This document shows, in pieces, positions 12,836 to 26,539 of a DNA stretch of 64,000 bases; within the stretch, counting starts at the first letter, position 1; each line of letters begins with the position of its first letter. Location of the stretch: NCBI RefSeq assembly GCF_006345805.1, contig NC_043014.1, forward strand, positions 36,332,001 through 36,396,000, given 5' to 3'. Under the pieces are notes generated by a model. It did not search any database. It worked only from the letters and a program-made list of their open reading frames with translations, and had not been told where the DNA came from. The translations under genes and the position numbers were made by a program. The DNA comes from Octopus sinensis (taxonomy: Eukaryota).

Positions 12836-13021
12836 AGAAGAAGAAGAAGAAGAAGAAGAAGAAGAAGAAGAAGAAGAAGAAGAAGAAGAAGAAGAAGAAG
12901 AAGAAGAAGAAGAAGAAGAAGAGAAGAAGAAGAAGAAGAAGAAGAAGAAGAAGAAGAAGAAGAAGAAGAAGAAGAAGAAGAAGAAGAAGAAGAAGAAGAA
13001 GAAGAAGAAGAAGAAGAAGAA
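12836..13021 (+). repeat. (GAA)n microsatellite, ~60 units (about 13 in the paralog at 39847-39886)
   Basis: Seen directly. Confidence 0.95.
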
Positions 13022-13476
13022 TGACTGAAGTAGGAAAAAGAGAACAAATAAAAATAACGGTTGTTGTGAATACGGATTACATCTATCCACAAATAAAACT
13101 TTGCAGATAGTTTTTGATATTTTGTATTATACTAACATACCTGTGTCGTCAAAATGCCGACATAGATTCATCAATGTGGTAAATATATGCACCTGCACAA
13201 AATTTAAGCTCTTCAAGTATCAAAACGGTTCTAACGTCTCAGTTGAAAATAACTTGATACATAGTATGTATTTACGGACACACACACATACACATGATAT
13301 ATGCATATAATATATGTATATATATATACATGCATACATTCATACATACATACTTGTATATCATATAGAAAGAGAGAGACAAATTTATATATATAGATAT
13401 ATTGGTTGTTACATCTATATATTAGTATATATGCATGCATATCTATGCATTTATTTATCGAAATCTTTCTGCCTCA

Positions 13477-13522
<46 letters not shown>

Positions 13523-14345
13523 CTCTCTCTCTAGGAGTCACTGTAAGACGCTTGCTTCCCAGCCATACAGCTGGGAAGCAAATGTCTTAAAATATTAGAA
13601 TTTTTGTCATTTGCCTTTTCTGAACAGCCCTACAACATGATAGGATACTGCTCATAGAGACAAAATATTAAAAAAATTTTAATATATTCCTTTAACATTT
13701 CCTTTCATATTGATATCAATATAATAATTATTGTTCAAAATTAAAATAATGGTGTGGATTCAAAATGCCGATGTCGGGCTTTATTACCCGTCAATCAACC
13801 AGTTTCGTCTATACACTTTTTCTCTTTTGTTCTACTGCACCAGATTTTAAGTATTTTATGTCTAAATGTAGCTTATCACTAGTCAAACATGATTTTAAAA
13901 AACTAAATTTGATTTGGATTAAAAGTGAATTAGTGAGACTACTTGGAAGACGCCAACTGCAACAAAAAGCTACGTTAAGAATATTATTCAACTACTACCG
14001 TAGTGTACACATAAGTTTTTATGTGTATATACAAGTTCGAAAGAACATATGATGATATATGCTAAATTTATAGGGTCTACAAGAAACTTCATATATGCAA
14101 AATTGTTCAAACTTATATATAACTATATATAATAATTGTTCTAATTTATTTATTCGTATTAATATAAACTTTAGTTTTAGTAAATAAGAAAGTAACACAA
14201 ATTTACTTGGTTATTAGAGGAGAATAGCATCATAAATCAATGTTTATTATATATTGATTGAAATGGTTCTTTTTCTTAGTTTGATTTATAATAATATATT
14301 TGTATATTATTTAAGCAATATTAATACATATTTTCGCTGGTCTCA

Positions 14346-15432
14346 ATGGAGAAATTACCGATTCACTTATCTTTACAAGACTTTCCTATTCCACCTAGAA
14401 AGGATTTCATGAAGGATCTGATTAATAAGACTTTTGAATTCATTCATAGAATCCGTTGGGTGGCTTTTTACCATGAAAAGGATTTTATAACAGAAAATAA
14501 CCCACATAAAAAAGATACTGATCTTTTTAAAAAGAACTTTGAGACGAAGAAATTTACACCACCAAACTGCCATTTGGAGGCTTTTGAAGACGATTTATGG
14601 AATATTGTCAAGAAAATTAAATTTGTTAAATATTCCCTCTGGGAAATTGAACATTTAAAGAAACTAAATTCTTTACTATGTGATCTTAAAAGAAAAAAAT
14701 GGGATTATGGAGCAATGAAACTTATATGACTAGGATCTATTAAAATATCATGAATGAATGAAGAAAGCGATTACTAGTGATTATAAAGTAGTAAGTAAAA
14801 GGTTTTAAGGTTCATTAACTTAGATGCGAAGAAAATTATGAATGACTAGGGCCCTGATGATAGAACAGAGACTTTTGTGTCTATGAGGCCATGGATAACT
14901 TTAAAAGATCACAAGGAAAACAACTTTTTAAACTCTAAAGTGAGAATAATTTTCCCAGGCCGATCTGACCTGAGTACATTAAGTAAAGCTTTTCTTGATA
15001 TGTGTATACTTAAGAAAAACATATAGTCAAGTAAAACATGAAACTTGGACTTTTGTCTAATACACAGGAAACTATTTATTGGTTTGCTAGACCGGATAAT
15101 AAAAATAGAAGTAAATTTATACAGATATATATTAATAAATATTATTCTTCTATTAATCCTGTTTTGCTTAATAATGCTTTTTTATCTGTTAGAAAAAAAA
15201 AACTGTAACATTATATTAAAGAAATTAAAGTAAGTTAGGGAGTTCAAAAATCTATTATTTTATTTGATAATAATAAGTCCTGGGCTAGAAAAAGTAACAA
15301 TGATTTTGTGACATTACCATGGGATCTGCTGATTCTGATCTATACATTCTATTTTATTTTCGTAATAAATTTCCTGATATTAAAGGTGGACTGTATAGAG
15401 ATGATGTGCTCTTTTTGATTAATAGTAACACC
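14346..15432 (+). pseudogene. Penelope-like element 5'/RT portion, disrupted
   Basis: LSLQDFPIPP...RIRWVAFY N-terminus, ITLKDHKENN, ITMGS, GLYRDD; stops and frameshifts; truncated at a SINE. Confidence 0.8.
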
Positions 15433-15580
15433 TTCAGCAAGTGTCTTCTACTATAGCTTCAGGCCGAGCAAAGCCTCGTGAGTGGATTTGGTAGACGGAA
15501 ACTGAAAGAAGCCTGTCGTATATATATGTATATATATGTCTATGTCTATGTATATATGTATATATATATCTATGTGTATA

Positions 15581-16853
15581 CGAGGGACGTTCAATAAGTA
15601 ATGCCTCTGACCCACTTGTAGTTAGTTGCATGTGCAATTATTTATATCTCTATAGATTAAGTGGCAAATTACAGCTCTGAAGTAATTGTGGTTTCTGATT
15701 TACAGGTGTTTGAACTGAGTCAAGTGTGAAATGGAGCCTGTTCAGTGTCGAGCAGTGATTCGGTTTTTGTATTTGAAATGACGTGCACCACGGAGAGTTT
15801 TGATGAAATGAAAGTAACTTATGGTGATGATGCCCCATCATATGACCTTGTAAAACGCATGCATCGTGAATTCAAGCATGGTCGGAACTCTGTGGAAACA
15901 GCTCCCAGATCTAGTCGCCCCCCTTCTGCCATTGATGAGGCATCTGTCCGTCAAGTTGAGGCTGCTATTCTGGAAGATCGACGCATAACTATTCGCCAAA
16001 TAGCCCATGAGGTCAAGATTAGTACCGGGTCCGTGGAAACTATCATTCATGACCATTTGCACATCCAAAAGTTGTCTGCCAGATGGATTCCCAGGTTGCT
16101 CACACCTTTACAGAAGCAAGAAGGCGTCGAGTGCTCGAGGATCAATTTGGAGATGTGCCAAGAAGATGAGTCAACATTTTTCAAAAGACTGATTACACAG
16201 GATGAAACCTGGGTCAATCATGATGATCCAGAGACCAAAGCCCAGTCAATGCAGTGGAAGCAACGTGACTCACCTCCTCCAAAGAAGGCAAGGGTGCAGC
16301 CCTCCGCTGGCAAGGTCGTGCACAGAGTCTTCTAGGATCAGGGCGGAGTAGTGATGACAGAGTTCCTGGCAAAGGGCACCACAATTACAGGCGCCTATTA
16401 TGCTTCACTTTTGAGGAATTTAAGAGAAGCTACCAAAATCAAGAGGCGGGGCAAGATCAGGAAAGGCATCCTCCTCCTGCAGGACAACGCTCCGGTCCAC
16501 AACTCGTGTGTCACCAGATCAGAAGCACAGGCGTGCGGCTATGAACTCCTCCCCCATCCCCCCTACTCTCCTGACCTTGCACCCTCTGATTTTCACCTCT
16601 TCCTAGCCATGAAGTTGTTTTTGAAAGGAAAGCGTTTCCCAGATGATGCAGCCTTGATTTCTGAAGTTACGTCGTGATTGGTGGCCCAAGCTGGGGTCTT
16701 CTACAAAAACGCTCTCCAGAGCTGCATCAAACGATGGGAAAATGCGTAACTCTGGGTGGTTCCTATGTAGAAAAAGACTAATAACTGTGCCAAGTTTCGT
16801 TGCTCTACAGCTATGGGAAGTGGGTTAGGGGCATTACTTATTGAACGCCCCTC
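15581..16853 (+). mobile_element. Near-full-length mariner (DD34D) transposon with pseudogenised transposase
   Basis: TIR cgagggacgttcaataagtaatgcc / ggcattacttattgaacgcccctc, preceded by TA. Motifs WIPRLL, TQDETW, LQDNAPVH, YSPDLAPSDFHLF. ATG at 15731, internal stops and a frameshift. Confidence 0.95.
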
Positions 16854-17062
16854 TGTGTTTGTCTCCCCATCACCACTTGACAACTGGTGTTGGTGTGTTT
16901 ACGTCTCCGTAACTTAGGGGGAGTGACAAAAGAGACAGATAGAATAAGTACCAGGCTTAAATTATAAGTAGTGTGGCATCTATTCAATCGATTAAAATCT
17001 CAAGACGGTGCCCGAGCATGACTCTAGTCTAATGACTGAAGTAAATACAAGACAAGAGATGA

Positions 17063-17176
<114 letters not shown>

Positions 17177-17185
17177 TAGATAGAG

Positions 17186-17246
<61 letters not shown>

Positions 17247-17249
17247 TTG

Positions 17250-18000
17250 CTAGCAACAATATTTACACCTATCATAACAATAAAAACTCTGTCTAAGTTT
17301 CGGATGTTAACCCCAACAGATTAAAGTTACTATCGAAAAATTCCAAAATTAGAAACACCATTTACCAGTGCAAAATTTCTTCGGGAACCGATGTCTTCTT
17401 CTACATTGGAGCAACTTCTTCTAAATTAGCCCAAAGGTTATCCAACCATTATTCAACTTTCAGAGATAAGAGAAAACAACACAGCACGGGACTAAGTAAA
17501 CTAGTTTGGCGTCTGAAGGACAGCAATACAACTTTCAAACTGGAATGGTCCATATTGTCGGTGTCCTTCCCGTTTGACAAGGGCAGAAAACATTGTGGCG
17601 TCTGTAATTCCAAACTTTTTCATATTTTGTTAGCCAAAGTTCCTTTAATAAATACAATCGTAGAGAGGTCCTACAGATGTATGCACTGGCAAAAACACAC
17701 CTTTCAATCATATGAATAATGATTAATATAGATAGCCCCTTGAATTTTAACTAATAAAACTCTTTTTTTATATATTTCACCCCCATAGTCAAAAAATTCT
17801 TTTTATACTTTCAAAGAACTACTACCCACGCCAGTGAGGTATGTGTTACCTTTGTCCCTATACCTCGCTCTCCTCTTTCACTCTCTTTCTCTCTCTCTTT
17901 CCCTCTATCTATAGTAAGCACAATCATACACAGAGACACAAATCGTTCACCTCACCACTGTCTCTTTTCTGACACCCACCCATCCAAAAACACAATCACG

Positions 18001-18041
<41 letters not shown>

Positions 18042-18571
18042 TAATGCCGTTATATATAGTCACACACACAGACACTCATTCACAAAGAAAATTCCATTCA
18101 TTTGAACTGCACCTTTCACCTTCTATTCTTATGCCTCTCTTCTCCTACTCGTTTGAACCCTTAACCTTTAGAACATTCTAGAATCTTCTACATCCAACCA
18201 TTTTGACGTCACTCCTTATAAAGGAATTTTTTAAAGACACTCATTATCACTATGGGCTCCGTGTGAGCTGTCATCTAAAAGTTTTTGGTATCTTGATGTT
18301 GACATAAGTTCCTTGCTTTTCCTGATGAGAAAGCGGCATATATACTCCTTATTCCTTCGCAATTAGGAATATGCAGCCTTCCAAACATATGTCGAAAATA
18401 AAGGGGAATTGTTAATTCGTCGTTCAACTCCATTCTTTCATATATTTATATTTAAAAAAAACATTCAAATTCACACACGAATGCGAGTAACTTCAAACGT
18501 GTCTTCTCTGATGTGAATTGCTACCCAGGTATCGGCTGACGAATTATCCTTAACAAGATAATCATGCAACA

Positions 18572-18575
<4 letters not shown>
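17250..18575 (+). mobile_element. Penelope-like 3' fragment (GIY-YIG endonuclease + pLTR)
   Basis: YIGATSSKLAQRLSNHYSTFRD...STGLSKLVWRLK...HCGVCNS; hammerhead-like motif at 18322; flanked by microsatellites. Confidence 0.75.
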
Positions 18576-18617
<42 letters not shown>

Positions 18618-18988
18618 GAGAGAGAGAGAGAGAGAGGAGAGAGATGAGAGGAGAGAGGAGAGGGAGAGAGAGAGAGAGATGAATAGATAGATAGATAGAT
18701 AGTTAGATATCTTTATTTTTTAGCCACACAGGGCTGCACACAGACGGAACAGATTACAAAGTAGAGGTGTTCCTTATGGGGGAAAAGAAAGAAGTGGAGT
18801 AGGTTTTCGATCAAAAGGGATCGTAAAAGGGAAAGAAAGAAAAATAACGATCAATAGGGATCGTGTATCACAGTAATGTCATGATGTAAAGTGTATGGGG
18901 GAAAGTAAATAGGGTTTATCCGTGGAAAGAAAAGCCTTCGGAAAATACCCCGGTAACCCTGGTCAATAATGTTAAATGTTAACATTTA

Positions 18989-19140
18989 TAGATAGAGGAA
19001 AGGGTAGTACAAATGTCAAAACCATACACTTCAGCCTACAAACTTTTGCTAAAATACATTCAAATATGCTTAAGTTAAATTCTTCATAATAAGGATGGAT
19101 TTATGGTTTTGACATTTGGACTACCCCTTCCTCTTTCTAT
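18989..19140. mobile_element. Small inverted-repeat element (MITE-like); paralog ~48258-48410
   Basis: agaggaaagggtagtacaaatgtcaaaaccata ... tatggttttgacatttggactaccccttcctct. Confidence 0.6.
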
Positions 19141-19384
19141 AAATAGAAAATTCTTGTTTGTCTCCATTGAACCAAGATAAGAAACCCCCTCCCCACTGAT
19201 AGATCTAAATAGCAAAGTGAACTCAGTGATAAGAAATCTACCAATGGAGAAGGACATACTACCACCACGTTCTTGATGATGAAATTAACCTCTCTGTCTA
19301 TATATCTACCCTCTTTGTAATGTTGGCAAATGAAATAAGTATAAATATGTACATTGTCCATTTAATTTAAATAAAACTTCTATA

Positions 19385-19472
19385 TGTGGCTGATGATTGC
19401 TCGACATTTAACAACTGACATAATACTTACAATGTTTAATAAAATGAAGTAGCATGAAACGATTGTACTACA
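19385..19472 (+). ncRNA. Putative type I hammerhead ribozyme (paralog 48655-48742)
   Basis: tgtgg-CTGATGA-ttgct...agcat-GAAAC-gatt-GTA-ctaca. Confidence 0.55.
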
Positions 19473-19647
19473 CTACCTTGGATATCCTTGTTGCTTATTT
19501 TGATTATAATCATCTACATTGAGAGAAAGACGGGATGGACGCTTCATTTTTGTGCTTGTGCCGCATTATGTCGTACGCGACTGAGAGGATTTGCATCCCC
19601 AACGTAGAATTTTGATGTAATACATGTCCTTGAAGTAGTAATTGTGC

Positions 19648-19725
19648 GCGGCTGAAGAAGGCCATAGACACACATTATGCATTGTTATAAATCCGTCTAA
19701 TAAAGGCCCGAAACATATGTACCGC
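19648..19725 (+). ncRNA. Putative type I hammerhead ribozyme
   Basis: gcgg-CTGAAGA-aggcc...ggccc-GAAAC-atat-GTA-ccgc; stem I gcgg/ccgc. Confidence 0.65.
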
Positions 19726-20589
19726 TGAATCCTTGGCATCATGATTTTATTTTGATTAATATATATATAGTAGAAATATATTATAAAAAGAAAATATAAA
19801 ATACACGTAGAAATGTAAGGGTAAAATATGAAAAATCAACGAAAATGCACATTGCAAATAAAAAAAGGCTATTTATGACAGGTAACGACAAATATATACA
19901 TTTAGATTGACTGGGGTAGTAATACGAGTCATAAAAGTCATTATTATGAGATGATTATAAGATGATAACAAAGTAAGAGAACAAAACGATCCATGGTTTA
20001 CCCAAAGCTATCCATCGTTTCAAAAACACCGGCTAATATCATATATATATATCATATATATATATATATATATATAACAGAAGAGGAAGACAGCAGGTGT
20101 ATTATTTTAACGCTCGGGATGAAAGCAAAATTTTTTATGTCTCGAGCCTATGCTTTTCGACAAAAAGGATTAAGAGGAAAAAAAATGGAGAGAGAATGAA
20201 GAAAACTGTGAAAGAATAAATAAAATTGGGTAAGAAAAGGAAGTGCAGAGAAAAATTGTCCAACATGGCGAGATGACCGGAAAATAGAGGTTGAATGAAA
20301 GTGAGATAATAATCATAACGATAACGGTAATATGCAAGGAGCTTAGGTGCACAAGCGCATGTGTGTTTGGGAGGACGGTGTCTGTGAATGTGTTTATGAG
20401 AATGGATGCTAGTGTGTGAGTGGGTTAGCTGAAAATTATGTTGACTTCTGTGTGTCAGTGTGTACATTATGTGAAGTGACATGCATTCCATGTACTGGTT
20501 GGTGTGAGTGTGTGCGTACGGTTGTATCTAATTTTTGTGCTCCCAAGGGGCACGCTACTGATTATGTGAGAAATTTCAATAGTCTAAAG

Positions 20590-20808
20590 CAGTGCTTTTC
20601 AAACTTTTTGCTGGAGCGGAACCCCAAGGAAACATTCCACTGGCTCGAGGAACCCCTGTGCCATAATTTAATAGTCTGATGCACACATATCTGCACAGGA
20701 GAATTAAAAATTACTGCCGATTTTAGCAGTTTTGTAACTTTTTGTGGAATCCTTGGAGTGTGTTGGTGGAACCCGAAGTTTCCGCGGAACCCTGGTTGAA
20801 AACCACTG
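20590..20808. mobile_element. Non-autonomous hAT element (paralog 49969-50187)
   Basis: TIR cagtgcttttcaa / ttgaaaaccactg; 8-bp TSD gtctaaag on both sides. Confidence 0.9.
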
Positions 20809-20913
20809 GTCTAAAGCCATCCCTGGAACATAAGTAATGTACGTTCGCAGTTTGGAGGAAATCAGTTGAAAAATACTGTCGTTATAAACTTTTACAAACA
20901 CAGACAGAACGGG

Positions 20914-20944
<31 letters not shown>

Positions 20945-21521
20945 TGTATGTATGTATGTATGTATGTATGTATGTATGTATGTATGTATGTATGTTCGTA
21001 CGTACGTATGTGTGTGTATGTGTGTGTGTGTGTGTGTTTGTGTGTAAAATTAACCTAGTGTATGTGTTGTGTGGAGAAATGTGCGTTTTGTGTATCCCTC
21101 TGTATGTGTGTGTGTGTGTGTGCATATGGACGTGTGTGTGTGTGCATATGGACGTGTGTGTGTGTGCATATGGACGTGTATATATTTGTGAAGCTAACGT
21201 GTCTGTGTTCGCGTGTGTCTGTTGTGTTGCACGTGTAGCCGTTCATGTGAGCTTATTCAGGTAGTGTGTGCACGTGTGTATGTGTGTGTGTGTGTGTGTT
21301 TATCTGTAATCAAATAGTGTGCACATCTATAGTGTATTTTTGTAGCGAATGTTATCCGTGTCAATGCGTGTTATGCGTGTTTATGCGTGTTGCGTGTGTA
21401 TCTATATATTCTCTGTGTTCGGATATTATGTGTTTGTGTGGGTGTGAGAGTGTGCATGATGGTGTGTGGTGTGTGTACTGAATTAAACAGTGTGTTGTGT
21501 TGTTCGTATTATGGTATTTGT

Positions 21522-21750
21522 GGCGAGCTGGCAGAAACGTTAACACGCCGGGCGAAATGCGTAGCAGTATTTCATCTGCCGTTACGTTCTGAGTTCAAAT
21601 TCCGCCGAGGTCGACTTTGCTTCTCATTCTTTCGGGGTCGATAAATTAAGTACCAGTTTTTCACTGGCGTCGATGTAATCGACTTAATACCTATGTCTGT
21701 GCTTGTTTGTCCTCTCTCTGTGTGTAGCCCCTTGAGGGCAGTAAAGAAAT
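21522..21750 (+). mobile_element. SINE of the same family as 2194 (paralog at ~50964-51193)
   Basis: Same head, core and tail; flanked by a ggtatttgtgg direct repeat. Confidence 0.85.
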
Positions 21751-21810
21751 AGGTATTTGTGGTGACGCTGTTGAAAAGTGTATGTCGGTGTGTAGATAAT
21801 GTGTGTGTGT

Positions 21811-21854
<44 letters not shown>

Positions 21855-21957
21855 CGTGTGTGTATACTGTGTCTTTCAAAGATGAAAGCATGTTAACTAA
21901 GAGAAGAATATTCAATGTTGTAACAGAAGAAAATATTGTTTCTGAATATTAACTTAC

Positions 21958-22003
21958 AAGCCGAGGTGTAAGAAGACATCAGTAACATCATAACTAACAA
22001 CAT
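21958..22003 (-). CDS. Ig-like gene A, first coding exon: signal peptide MLLVMMLLMSSYTSA + 1 nt
   Basis: ATG at 22003, hydrophobic core ending in a TSA cleavage-like motif, consensus donor T|GTAAGTT (phase 1) in frame with the V exon. Identical peptide in copy B. Confidence 0.75.
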
Positions 22004-22287
22004 TATTGATCTTGTGCGACAGGTATAAGGCAGGAGGAGAAATGATTGTCGGCTTCCAGAAAGCAGAAATTTTACGAAAAGGTATCTCTTACAAATAGCG
22101 TAGTCGAAATGGCCAAACATAACTGAAATAGAGAGAAAAACGCATGTCCAACTTGAAGTGTGAGTGAACTGAAAGTCCCATCTTTCTGTTTCTTTCTTTT
22201 TCTCTCTCTATCTTTCTCTTTCTCCCTCTCTCTGTCTGTCTGTTTCTCTCCCTTTCTCTTTTCTGCTTCGAGAGGGCAGGTAAAACG

Positions 22288-22303
22288 TAGATAGATAGAT
22301 AGG

Positions 22304-22367
<64 letters not shown>

Positions 22368-22760
22368 GAGATAAATAGATAGATAGATAGAGAGAGAGAG
22401 AGAGATAGATAGAGAGATAGATAGATAGGTAGGTAGGTAGATAGATAGATAGATAAATAGATAGATAGATAGATAGATAGATAGAGAGATAGATAGAAAG
22501 ATAGGTAGGTAGATAGATAGATAGATAGATAGATACATACATAGATAGATAGATAGATAGATAAGATGTAGAGAAATAGATAGATAGATAGATAAATAGA
22601 TAGATTGATGGATAGATAAATAGGTAGATAAATAGATAGATAGATAAATAGGTAGATACATAAGATATAGACAGATAGATAGTGAGATATAGATAGAGAA
22701 ATATATAGATATTGAGATAAATAGAGAGAGATGGATAAAGAGATATATATAGAGATACAG
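22288..22760 (+). repeat. (GATA)n microsatellite block, absent from copy B
   Basis: Seen directly; copy B joins the flanks at ~51694. Confidence 0.9.
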
Positions 22761-23534
22761 ATGTCACGGACGCTAGAAAACCGGAAGTAAATATTCTTAA
22801 AAACAGAAACTTAAATACACGCACACGTACACAAGCACGCACGCACATGCGCACGCAAAAACACACACTCACACATATACACATACAAAGATGAAAAGAA
22901 AGATAGAGAATTTCGAAGTACTGAGAGATTGGGTGAAAGAAGTATTGTGATTAAGAAAAAGACGCCGACTTAGGACGCGGGAGAGGAAAGTGAGGGAAAG
23001 TTATAAGGATATGAAAGTAAGAAAGGGAGAGAAGAAGGAAGATTGGCAAGAAGGAGTTACAGTAAAAGATTTAGAAGAACGTCATGGAAAAGTGAGAGGG
23101 AGAGAGTGAAAGGGACAAAGATAGAGAGAATGAGCGTAAGAGGAGAGAAAGTGAGAGAGAGAGAAAAAAAAAGAGAAGAACAGTCAAAACATTTTCTTTT
23201 TTTTACTACATTTGTTTGGTATTTTTCTAATAGATTTTTCAATATGACGCTACACTGGACACTGGATGACATAGCTGACCTTGCTGACCTAGCTGCTTGA
23301 ACAGCTTCCTAAGCATTCTTCCGACTCGGTTGATTCATGCCAAAGGGAATCGTCGGGAGTGGTAGGCTTACCAGGATTTCTACCTTATCGAAGCTCCTTC
23401 TTTATTGTAAGCTCATCCAGGCGGTTGAGAAAAAAAAGGATTTACTCCACTCCCCGAGCAGTCTGGATTGCTGCTACACATACCACTAGGTAACTTACGG
23501 GTGAAGCAGAAGGGATTGGAAGTGAAACGGTACG

Positions 23535-23953
23535 GGATCTTTTCGGTTTGAACGGCAGTTTTTTAAAAATAATTTCCACGCAACAAAACACTTTTAAACT
23601 TCTTATACTGGTAGAATGTCTTTATAAAACCTCTTTTTCTCTTGGTTTTATTGAGACAATTCTATAGTTTGTAGGTTTTTTGTTGTTTTTTCTACTTCAA
23701 TATCTGCAATTTCAACCAATCAATGACATCTATTGAGGTAAAAACATTCTGTCCCGTATGAATCTGTCCCTCGTTTAAGAAACATTGGGTTTATTTACAT
23801 TCCTGAAGAAAAAAAAGGTACCCTTCCCCCCACCCAAAACCCTAACCCTAACTAACCCTAAACCTAAAACAGATCGATTCCAGGGTCATAATTATGGGTG
23901 ACAATTTCATATGACACCGCTAGAAAAAACTGCCGTTCAAACCGCAAAGATCC
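23535..23953. mobile_element. MITE with ~30-bp TIR and 8-bp TSD (paralog 52323-52767)
   Basis: ggatcttttcggtttgaacggcagtttttt / aaaaaactgccgttcaaaccgcaaagatcc; TSD acggtacg. GG termini with an 8-bp TSD fit Merlin better than hAT (inference). Confidence 0.85.
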
Positions 23954-24373
23954 ACGGTACGTTCATCTCTTCGAAATCTGACATTGTGCTTAGCAACAAG
24001 CTCACGTTTTCTTCATCAGAATATCTCATAACTCTGCTTAGTTGATTGGCGTTCCCCTCCACTGGATCCTTTGAAAGTTCCCAATTCCTCCTACCATAAA
24101 TATATTTGGTAAGTGAGCAGGTTTATCTGTCGGATTTATTGTTACATACGTCAATGATGCTGAATCTGGCAACTGCTTTGCCAACAATGAGAGTTATCTC
24201 CAGCCTGAGCCGTCAACCAGCATCACCTTACCCACTGACCGTTCGGTCCTGCAAACATAATTTTGAAATTTCTGCCACTCACTCTTGTTGCTTCGTAGAG
24301 GTCATTTACCTGCTGATCAACACTGTATTTGGTTGGATATACAAGCATATTAAAGTAGTCGGCAGGTTGGCTA

Positions 24374-24454
<81 letters not shown>

Positions 24455-24657
24455 AATAGGTGAATGAATTATCCTGTTTATCGTCAGCATGGAAAATTCG
24501 TTGAACCGAAACCAGGGTAGCAAATTCACGTCAGAAACACGGTTGAAGCGACCTATCCAAGGGTAGAAACTCCGGGTTCATGTGCAGAAATTTGAGTGTT
24601 GTATATGAATAAATGAAAGAATGGAGTCGAACGAAGATGTTAACAAAATTCCTTTAC

Positions 24658-24736
24658 TCTCGACATATGTTTCGAAGACAACATGGTTTCATTCCAAAAA
24701 AATAAAGGGTGAATTATGCAATCTTCTCATCAGGAT
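24658..24736 (-). ncRNA. Putative type I hammerhead ribozyme in a pLTR fragment
   Basis: Minus strand: tc-CTGATGA-gaaga...tcttc-GAAAC-atat-GTC-ga. Confidence 0.65.
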
Positions 24737-25073
24737 AGAAAGGGAGCCTCTCTCGACAACAAGACAAACAAAAATTTCGATGACTGCCTACGTGGTAAAA
24801 AAAAACGATAATGAGTGATCTTAAAAAAACCTTTAGAAGAATTGACGTCAAAGATAGATAGTAGGAAGAGAAGGGTTAGAGGAATAGTAGGTAGGGAACA
24901 AGTGGAGTGGGAAGGGTACGTTGATTGAAAGAATGTTCGAAGGCTTGGGAAAGAATTTCGCTATTGAAGTGGAGTGGACCTTAAGCTAATTGTTCAAACC
25001 ACAGTGACTATCGTTATCATAATCGTCTTCTAAATGTTTCACGTTCTTGTCCCAGTTTGTATTTTTTTACATT

Positions 25074-25318
<245 letters not shown>

Positions 25319-25682
25319 AGGTACCAGAATTTAGTAAGGTATTATCCATATAAATCAAATGGGGCGATTTTAATCACACCATTTGATTTATATGGATAAT
25401 ACCTTCCATCTTATGCGCATAATCAGGTCTCTAATTTTCTCTAATGTTTCTTAGAGTATAGTTCCCTTAATGGAGTGTGTGCGTGTATAGACGTTATCGG
25501 GTATGTGCGCATATAGGCGTGTGTGTGCGCGTGCATAATTGTATGTGCGTATATAGACGTGGTTTACTCTTTCTATACTCCCATATGCCTTTTCTCTGTA
25601 TTGTTACTCTTAACCCTGTTTTTTTTTCTCGGAGTTTTATCATGGCTACAGAATAATTCGCACATATTACATTAAGAGATAA

Positions 25683-25755
<73 letters not shown>

Positions 25756-25941
25756 TAATCCAAACAAGAAAGCACAAAAAAAGCACAACAACGCGAGGAC
25801 GTGGAACAAATATAGTATTTTTGGACGCTCAGGAAAGAAGGAAAGAAGGAGGGTTTAACGTTTCGAGCGGAGCTCTTCATCGGAAACATAGGGAAGGAAA
25901 GATCCAGAGATGGGAAGATAGAGCAAAAAAAATCGCCAACG

Positions 25942-25997
<56 letters not shown>

Positions 25998-26539
25998 GGA
26001 ACCATTGGAGGAGGTGGCCCGATATCTGATGATGAAAGGTTAGTGTCTTACAAAGAAATAGAGTAGTAGAAATAGGGTATTGCTGTAGAGAAGCTCCATG
26101 GCTACCCAGTGAGAGAGAGAGAGTCCAAGAATGAGAGCAGAAATAGGTGTGCTGCTGTAGAGGAGATATATGGCTATCCAGCCAGAGGCAAGAACAAATG
26201 AAAGGGAGAGTAGGAAAGAGCAAAAGGGCAAGAGAGAGCGAGCGAGAAAGAGAGAGAGAGAGAGAAGGTGTAGGAAACAACAAAAGTGCAAGACAGAGAG
26301 AGAAAGAGAGATAGAGAGAGAGCAGGAGAGAGATGGTGAAGTACCAGTGTATATTTATCCGTAATTCTAAAGTTGCCAATTTTATTGCATTATCTAGTCA
26401 TAACTGGCATTACTATTAGCATCACAAGTATTTTCACTATTTTTACTACTATCTTCATGATATTAATTTCATTTATTATAATAACTAGAACTAATATTAT
26501 TGCTGCTCCTACCATCATTAATACGGTAAATGCTGATGC

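Noticed and set aside
19137-19361. MDNVHIYTY... ORF present in both copies
   Set aside because: It lies among repeat fragments, has different stops in the two copies, and shows no splice or domain support.
22004-22120. Upstream ATG extending the signal exon (MFGHFDY...)
   Set aside because: This ATG is out of frame in copy B; the ATG at 22003/51433 is conserved and begins a clean signal peptide.
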